DNA of 41,138 bases, taken from Dysgonamonadaceae bacterium (lineage in GTDB: Bacteria; Bacteroidota; Bacteroidia; Bacteroidales; Dysgonomonadaceae). Position 1 is the first letter of the stretch; each line of letters starts with the position of its first letter. The position numbers and the translations under genes are program-made. The DNA lies in contig DATERO010000280.1 in NCBI GenBank assembly GCA_035271465.1, positions 1 to 41,138 on the forward strand, read 5' to 3'. Positions 35,280 through 41,138 of the stretch are shown in pieces. The notes beneath the pieces were generated by a model, which did not search any database, was not told the DNA's origin, and saw nothing but the letters and a program-made list of their open reading frames with translations.

Positions 35280-36737
35280 ATGAAACAGAGAATTATTTAC
35301 ACGTTATTGATTGTATTTGCAGCCTTTACTTCTTGTAAAGACGATGCAGAAGTTATATTAGCTCCTGTTATCTCGGGAATCGATAAGACATACACTATAG
35401 TTGAAGGTAGAAAGTTGGAGTTATCGCCAACCATTGAGAATGGAAATAATGCGACTTATTTATGGCAATTGGATGGAGAAGAAGTAGCTCAAACACCGAA
35501 CTATGTGTTTGAAGAATCAAACCCAGGAGAATACACGTTGATCTTAAAAGTTGGAAACGAAAGTGGTACGGACGAAGCAAAAACATCTATTACTGTTGGA
35601 GCAAAAGATATGACAATTGAAGGGGCGGCACACACATTAATATCCTTAGAGCTACCTGACTATATGAAAGGGAATGGAGACCTCGCATGGAGTGTACTTG
35701 AAGCGCCTTCGGAACTTTACCGATTTTCTCAAATGAATGCCGAGGAAGCACCTCTATTTATTGCTGCTGAAGTAGGGACCTATTTAATGCAAGTAAGCTC
35801 AGGCGATATAAATGGTGAAGTGACTATTATTGTTAGTGAAAATGAGAACGAACTATCGTCTTACATTGCCAATGTGTTTGACTACCTCCCAGCTCCAGGA
35901 CAGTTTGTAAATAAAATGCCTGTTTATGAAGAAGGTGACACACATGAAGATATGGTGGCAAAAGTAGCAGAAAAAATTACGGGTGAGAACTCAGGATTTA
36001 TTACTCTTGGCGGTTGGGGTGGATATGTAACTTTTGGTTTTGACCACACCATAGTTAATGTTGCTGGTAAACAAGACTTTCGCATTGAAGGAAATGGATT
36101 TACTAATAGCAGCGAGCCTGGAATTGTAATGGTTTCATATGATGCAAATGGTAACGGCGAACCAGATGATGAATGGTATGAAATTGTGGGTAGTGGAAAC
36201 TTCACTGCAGAAAATGAAGAGTGGTATCAATCTGCTTTAGAAACTGGTAATGACGTTAATACCTATCGTGACTTTGAAATGACATACTATAGACCTGAAG
36301 TAGAAGAAAATGCTCCTCTTAAAGAGTATATCCGCTGGACAAATAACAAAGACCAAGAAGGTTATAAAGAGAAAAACTCATTTCACAAACAATCCTACTT
36401 TCCTCTTTGGGTAGATGCCGATGAAATTACATTTAATGGCGTGCGTTTGGCTCAAAGTGGTGTTGATGCAAGTGGTCAAGGTAGCTTCTTTACTTTAAAA
36501 AGCTACAAATATGGATATGCTGACAACCACTCAAATTCGGATAACAGATCTACTTTTGATATTGACTGGGCAATTGACAAAGATGGAAATAAAGTAAACT
36601 TACCAGGTATTGACTTCGTAAAAGTATATACGGGAGTTGACCAAGAGAATGGTTGGATAGGCGAAAACTCTACAGAAGTAGGCAGAGGAAGTGACTTACA
36701 CCTACTTGGAACAAGTATTAATACAATAAAAGAATAA
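35280..36737 (+). CDS. Surface lipoprotein with two N-terminal PKD/Ig-like domains and a C-terminal domain of about 300 aa with unknown function
   Basis: Lipobox FTSC (Cys19). The Ig-like repeats are TYTIVEGRKLELSP...YTLILKVGNESGTDEAKTSITV and a second similar module. Last gene of the riboswitch-2 unit. Confidence 0.75.
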   Translation: MKQRIIYTLLIVFAAFTSCKDDAEVILAPVISGIDKTYTIVEGRKLELSPTIENGNNATYLWQLDGEEVAQTPNYVFEESNPGEYTLILKVGNESGTDEAKTSITVGAKDMTIEGAAHTLISLELPDYMKGNGDLAWSVLEAPSELYRFSQMNAEEAPLFIAAEVGTYLMQVSSGDINGEVTIIVSENENELSSYIANVFDYLPAPGQFVNKMPVYEEGDTHEDMVAKVAEKITGENSGFITLGGWGGYVTFGFDHTIVNVAGKQDFRIEGNGFTNSSEPGIVMVSYDANGNGEPDDEWYEIVGSGNFTAENEEWYQSALETGNDVNTYRDFEMTYYRPEVEENAPLKEYIRWTNNKDQEGYKEKNSFHKQSYFPLWVDADEITFNGVRLAQSGVDASGQGSFFTLKSYKYGYADNHSNSDNRSTFDIDWAIDKDGNKVNLPGIDFVKVYTGVDQENGWIGENSTEVGRGSDLHLLGTSINTIKE

Positions 36738-36773
36738 GAATTTTTTTTATTATTGTTTTTTTAATGTTGGGTT

Positions 36774-36820
36774 GAAAGAGGTGTTATATATTTGGAAGTA
36801 TATAATGCCTCTTTCTTTTA
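36774..36820. terminator. Bidirectional hairpin terminator between the B12 unit and the RAYT gene
   Basis: gaaagagg...cctctttc with inner ttatata/tatataa pairing, followed by tttt. Confidence 0.65.
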
Positions 36821-36835
36821 TTGGTAACAAGTATA

Positions 36836-37432
36836 TCAAAGTTTATAAAAACAATCTTTTTCCCAATTTTCTACATTTGTATCTATATAATTAGAAATAC
36901 GATCATAATCTTCATCTTTCTGAATGATATGATCGTGAAACCGTGATTGCCATTTGAAAACGAACCCCAACCTGTTGACGTGTTTAGTTACAGCCGATTT
37001 ATAGGATCCAATAATGGAAGACACAGAATTTTTACCAATATTTTGAAACCGAGATTGTCCGATTGTTTTTGGTGGTGTTGCCCGTAGTAGAGACAGGGCA
37101 TGCCCTGTCTCTACTATCGCCGTTTCTACATGCCCTGTCTCTTCAATTTCATCACCATTCCCCGACAATATTAATATACCATGAATATGATTGGGCATAA
37201 CTACAAATGAACCTAATTCTACATTTCTTGAATGGTTTGGTATTTGATGCCATATTATATCAGCTATGACACCTATATTCGATAACTGCATATTGTAAGC
37301 ATTGTCTATTTCTCCAAAATAATGCTCCCTATCTTGTGTGCAAATTGTAATAAAATATGAAGCTGCCCAACGATAATCCCACGATTGTAATCGTGAAGAT
37401 GCTATGCGGTATTTGTTTTGGAATTTAGTCAC
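36836..37432 (-). mobile_element. REP-associated tyrosine transposase (RAYT / IS200-like Y1 HUH transposase) gene
   Basis: HUH motif MPNHIHGILIL and a C-terminal Tyr motif ISNYIDTNVENW. Single gene with no flanking IS inverted repeats seen. Confidence 0.8.
37085..37116. repeat. 32-bp perfect palindrome inside the RAYT ORF, with a 14-nt direct repeat of one arm
   Basis: TAGTAGAGACAGGGCA|TGCCCTGTCTCTACTA. CATGCCCTGTCTCT recurs at 37129-37142. The segment is translated in frame as ETGHVETAIVETGHALSLL. Confidence 0.85.
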
Positions 37433-37496
37433 CTTATCAATTTGATTCTAATCGTTAGTAAATGATGCTTTCAGTAATTAATCAGTAGAGATAACG

Positions 37497-37994
37497 CTAT
37501 TTTATTTCCAACACCCTAAATACACTTTCACCATGCTCTAATTTAAGAACCACCCTATCACCTACTTTTTTATTCATCATAACTTTTGCAAGAGGTGAAA
37601 TAAAAGCAATTTTCCCTTCTTTTAGATCTGCTTCATCAACCCCCACAATTTGGAGCTTACGCGTTTTCCTACTTCTCCCAATTTGTAATAACACTGTAGA
37701 TCCGAAGCGCACTTCACTCTTATCTTGATCTTCTAATGGGATAACATTTGCAGTAACAATCCTGTTCTCCAACATTTGTAGTTTAATGTGGATAACTTTA
37801 ATAGCATTCAGTTTGCCATGTTCATCGCCAGCGTTCCACTCCTTTAACTCTTCCGAAAGGTCTTCTTTCTCTTTCAATAAAGCTTCCATTCCTGCTGGAG
37901 TAACATAGTTGGTTACGTTTTGCGGTAAATCAGCGCGAGGTGGTACAAAAGGTGTATCTACCTGTTGATCTTCGTTTATAAATGCTCTGCTCAT
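37497..37994 (-). CDS. GreA/GreB-family protein (Rnk-like, C-terminal domain conserved)
   Basis: C-terminal ISPLAKVMMNKKVGDRVVLKLEHGESVFRVLEI resembles the GreA C-terminal domain. The N-terminal coiled-coil region is short. Confidence 0.75.
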   Translation of the reverse strand: MSRAFINEDQQVDTPFVPPRADLPQNVTNYVTPAGMEALLKEKEDLSEELKEWNAGDEHGKLNAIKVIHIKLQMLENRIVTANVIPLEDQDKSEVRFGSTVLLQIGRSRKTRKLQIVGVDEADLKEGKIAFISPLAKVMMNKKVGDRVVLKLEHGESVFRVLEIK

Positions 37995-38100
37995 GATAAT
38001 TTATTAGTTGTAAAAAAATTCAATCATTATGGAGAATAATTTGTCCTGTGCTTTCGATTTAAGAATATACTGACCTCCTAAAATGATATTACGTTGCAAC

Positions 38101-38108
38101 CAAAGATA
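38101..38108 (-). promoter_or_regulatory. Bacteroidota-type -7 promoter box for the greA-like gene
   Basis: The minus strand reads TATCTTTG, 107 nt upstream of start 37994. Confidence 0.3.
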
Positions 38109-38572
38109 CACATTTTTAGATTAAAACACAATAAACATCAAACCTAACTCAATTTAAATCAATAACGTAGTAAAGAAACTAAATCGCAGCTTATTTTCTT
38201 TTTCCAATTCTGTTTTTTCAAAACGATTTATCTAAATCAATTTTATAGCGGGACAATAACATAGGCTGTGAGTAGAGATATGCACTTTTAAGAATAAAAT
38301 GAGCATTAGCAGAGCAATTATACAAATAAAAACATAAAGATGTAAAATCCTATAAAAAAATTAGTATCTTTATAAGCAAATATTTACAATACCAAGTGAA
38401 CATATAAATCTAATCAGAATAGATGTTTGGAGGAAGCAAATTAAATATGGAAATTAATTAGAGATTTATTTCTTTTAGAAAATAAACTTTTGAACGACTC
38501 GATTGTTAATGTTAATATTAACAGAGAAATAATTATATACCAATTCACATTATTAAATTAAAAATAAACTTT

Positions 38573-39676
38573 ATGAAAAAAATTTTTGTTTTTCTCTTTG
38601 CGTTGACCCTACTACCTATGGTAGCTTTCTCTCAGGAAAGAGAAGTAAAAGAAGAAGGTCAGACGTATTTTAAACCCCACGCTTACTTACAACTTCAAGG
38701 TGGGGCGGCTCACACATTAGGTGAAGCAAAGTTCATGGATCTTATCTCACCAGCAGCAGCGCTGAATTTGGGATATCAGTTTTCACCTGTATTTGGAATG
38801 CGCATTGGCGCCTCTGGATGGCAAGGAAAAGGCGGATGGGTAGTTCCTGCTCAAGTTTATGACTTCAAATTCGTTCAAGGTAACCTAGATTTTGTATTCG
38901 ATCTTGCCTCAATCTTTAATGGTTTCAATCCCGAACGTGCTGTAACTCCCTATATTTTTGCTGGAGGAGGTTATGCATACGGTTTTGAAAACGGTGCAAC
39001 CGATCTCAAAACAGGCAATTACGACCTAGAATATTTGTGGGAAGAAAACAAAGGATTCATAGGTGGACGTGTAGGTCTTGGTTTCAACTTCCGTTTGAGT
39101 GATGCTTTTGCACTTACTCTGGAAGGAAACACCACCATATTGGACGACCGTTTCAACTCGAAAAAAGCGGACAATCCTGACTGGCAGTTTAATGCTCTAG
39201 CCGGATTTAAAATAAACCTTGGAAAGACATCAAGAAAAACGGAAACCGTATATTACGATCCACAACCAGCACCAGCTCCAGCACCCAGACCTACACCAGC
39301 TCCTGCGCCAGAGCAAAAGCCTGCGCCAGCACCTGTTGTACAGAAAGAGTTCCCACAGTTGCCTCCTGTACACTTTGCTTTTGACAGCGATGTACTCAAC
39401 ACCAGTGAATATGCAAGTGAGTTATCTACAATTGTATCTACATTAAAAGAATTTGACGATGTGGACGTTGTAATCACAGGTTATACTGACCATAAAGGTT
39501 CAAATGCATACAACGATGCACTTTCTGAAAGAAGAGCAGAGTCGGTGAAAAAGTATCTTGTTAACCAAGGTATAAGCGCATCGAGACTAAGCACTACAGG
39601 AAAAGGAAAAGATCCAAAAACTTCGGGTGATGAAGCTCTTACTATTAAAGCTCGTCGTGTTGAAGTAGCGAAATAA
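38573..39676 (+). CDS. ompA: OmpA-family outer-membrane protein
   Basis: Signal peptide ...VAFSQ, an N-terminal beta-barrel region, a Pro/Ala linker PQPAPAPAPRPTPAPAPEQKPAPAP, and a C-terminal OmpA domain (TGYTDHKGSNAYNDALSERRAESVKKYL). Confidence 0.9.
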   Translation: MKKIFVFLFALTLLPMVAFSQEREVKEEGQTYFKPHAYLQLQGGAAHTLGEAKFMDLISPAAALNLGYQFSPVFGMRIGASGWQGKGGWVVPAQVYDFKFVQGNLDFVFDLASIFNGFNPERAVTPYIFAGGGYAYGFENGATDLKTGNYDLEYLWEENKGFIGGRVGLGFNFRLSDAFALTLEGNTTILDDRFNSKKADNPDWQFNALAGFKINLGKTSRKTETVYYDPQPAPAPAPRPTPAPAPEQKPAPAPVVQKEFPQLPPVHFAFDSDVLNTSEYASELSTIVSTLKEFDDVDVVITGYTDHKGSNAYNDALSERRAESVKKYLVNQGISASRLSTTGKGKDPKTSGDEALTIKARRVEVAK

Positions 39677-39698
39677 TAAAGCGAAAAGCTTATCTATT

Positions 39699-39746
39699 AA
39701 AATAAGAAAGGGTGTCCAAAACATATTGGACACCCTTTCTTATTTT
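39699..39746 (+). terminator. Rho-independent terminator after ompA
   Basis: 19-bp perfect stem aaaataagaaagggtgtcc/ggacaccctttcttatttt whose 3' arm ends in a U-run. Confidence 0.8.
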
Positions 39747-40207
39747 AATTAACCAACAGCTTGTCTAATACTGATTTTCATATTTATTGGATCTCGAATC
39801 ACTAATAAAATAATGAGTCTCTACTAATCTACTCCCAGAATGAGAGTCAACACCTCAAATCCATGACTTTAAAACAATTTGATTGGTTGCAAAAATTGGA
39901 AAGAACAGTCATGCTATAAATACCCAAAGCAATCGAGATATAATAAAGAGGCGAAATGAAACGGCGAGAAAACAACCGAGGGATCAATTTAAAGCTTTTC
40001 ATAATAGTGCTCTTTTAAAGTGTCAGTAGTGTCGCATGCTGTCTTAAATAAACATTAATCCTTCAACAGGTTCGAATTGAAATTCGCAAAAGAATCTCAG
40101 CACCATGTTTTCCCTGCATAGCAACTCAGTTAGTGACAACAACAATATGCTTACTGCCCTATTATTTGCACTTACAACACTTCCTACATATTATTAAAGT
40201 CACAATT

Positions 40208-41138
40208 TCAGTCCCCATCATCCACAGGTGATGACTGCTGATATTTCGTTAAGGTTAGAACGGCGTCATCTTGTTTCAATGACATTACATCAAGGCCATT
40301 GCCGTTATCTTTCCCATTCTTATTCTTAACCTCAATCTTCCCTCCATTCATACTCTTACTCAACTCCTCTCTGTCCAGCGTGAACGTTTTATGATTGAAA
40401 GACGGTACTTCCTGAGACGAATTTGTTTCTACTGCACACTCCTCAGGCTCTTTTGTCGATAACTCTTTGTTCTTTTCTGCTTTTTGTTTGTTGTGCGATA
40501 TACGTCTGCTCAGTGCATTTCTATAATTAGTTGACAGTGTGTTGAGCTCATCATACAGCGGTTTATAATCCAGATCTTTATTTTTAATTTGAGCTATTTC
40601 CAACTCTTTAAATAAATCCTCAACGGCTATCATCAATGATTTTCTAAGCGTCGGAGTTTTTTCACTGGGTCGTTCCGAATTCGATTTAATGATATCCTTA
40701 CCCAACTTCATAATGTCTGCATGAACATTCCGCAGCTTATCTAAATGTTCTGTAAACTTGAGTGATACAAACCTACCTCTCAACTTTTTATCTTTATCTA
40801 TCTCATCAAAAAAGAGCTCCACCTTTTCACACCTCTCCACTTCGTTTTTGCAGGCTTTTAGGTTCTTCAAATACCGATTCAGATGAATCCTCACCTCATT
40901 TACTGAAATATCATCCTCACTGTTTTCCACCTCCACCACTCTCAGGTGGTTAAATATTGAACCCACATAAACGGTTCGCACTCTGCGTAAGTCGGTCACT
41001 ATCTTCGTTAAAGGATGAGCTTTATAGGGCACATCCAACTTTTTCAGCTGTGGGGATTCAGCAACTAAAAGATCAAATGTACAGTCAATCTGATGTAGCT
41101 CGGGGTTGTGGTTATCGACTATACGGATGACATTGTTG
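40208..41138 (-). CDS. Hypothetical protein, C-terminal part (N-terminus outside the window)
   Basis: The track's M at 41038 is an internal TTG. I read the same frame codon by codon to the window edge (NNVIRIVDNHNPELHQIDCTFDLLVAESPQLKK-LDVPYK...) and found no stop. The sequence looks more GC-rich by eye than its neighbours. No family recognised. Confidence 0.5.
   Translation of the reverse strand, partial: NNVIRIVDNHNPELHQIDCTFDLLVAESPQLKKLDVPYKAHPLTKIVTDLRRVRTVYVGSIFNHLRVVEVENSEDDISVNEVRIHLNRYLKNLKACKNEVERCEKVELFFDEIDKDKKLRGRFVSLKFTEHLDKLRNVHADIMKLGKDIIKSNSERPSEKTPTLRKSLMIAVEDLFKELEIAQIKNKDLDYKPLYDELNTLSTNYRNALSRRISHNKQKAEKNKELSTKEPEECAVETNSSQEVPSFNHKTFTLDREELSKSMNGGKIEVKNKNGKDNGNGLDVMSLKQDDAVLTLTKYQQSSPVDDGD

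Noticed and set aside
39219-39477. Two ORFs (plus and minus strand) over the ompA Pro/Ala linker
   Set aside because: These are frame artefacts of the repetitive CCAGCACC-type linker sequence inside a well-supported ompA gene.
40069-40077. GGTTCGAAT, resembling a tRNA T-loop and possibly a tRNA fragment or att site
   Set aside because: Flanking bases cannot form a T-stem or acceptor stem, and no cloverleaf can be drawn. It is probably chance.
1-41138. Search for CRISPR arrays, rRNA, tRNA and tmRNA genes, IS elements with terminal inverted repeats, and prophage genes
   Set aside because: No regularly spaced direct repeats, no rRNA or tRNA signatures, and no integrase, recombinase or phage structural motifs were seen. 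The only mobile-element-related gene is the RAYT gene.

Overview
AT-rich chromosomal segment that looks Bacteroidota-like: TAnnTTTG -7 promoter boxes, many lipobox lipoproteins, a TonB-dependent receptor and weak or absent Shine-Dalgarno sequences.

The left half is mostly housekeeping:
- a frameshifted BCCT osmolyte transporter
- a cluster-9 metal ABC importer followed by an NlpE-like lipoprotein
- the B12-dependent class II ribonucleotide reductase nrdJ
- yigZ and topA
- a split chrA-like transporter pair
- TetR-fabG
- pta, a divergent HADH-like gene, and ackA

The right half is more accessory:
- a four-gene cytoplasmic GT4/GH130 cassette
- tnaA
- two near-identical cobalamin riboswitches, each heading its own transcription unit
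- a RAYT-type HUH transposase gene carrying an in-frame perfect palindrome
- a greA-like gene and ompA
- a more GC-rich orphan ORF that runs off the window

Most interesting candidates, in order:
1. The first riboswitch unit (28399-31510). It encodes only two tandem paralogous surface lipoproteins, each a BACON-like stalk fused to a BtuG/YncE-like beta-propeller, with no transporter. The second unit encodes btuB, a BtuG-like propeller and a PKD-domain lipoprotein. Neither unit has btuFCD in the window. Together they look like an expanded, partly undescribed corrinoid-capture system.
2. A roughly 177-nt structured leader with its own promoter box, a 10-bp closing helix and a downstream intrinsic terminator, lying ahead of the split chrA pair. 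I cannot assign it to any riboswitch class from memory.
3. The GT4/GH130 cassette, preceded by a 22+22 bp perfect inverted repeat.

No rRNA, tRNA or CRISPR array was seen.
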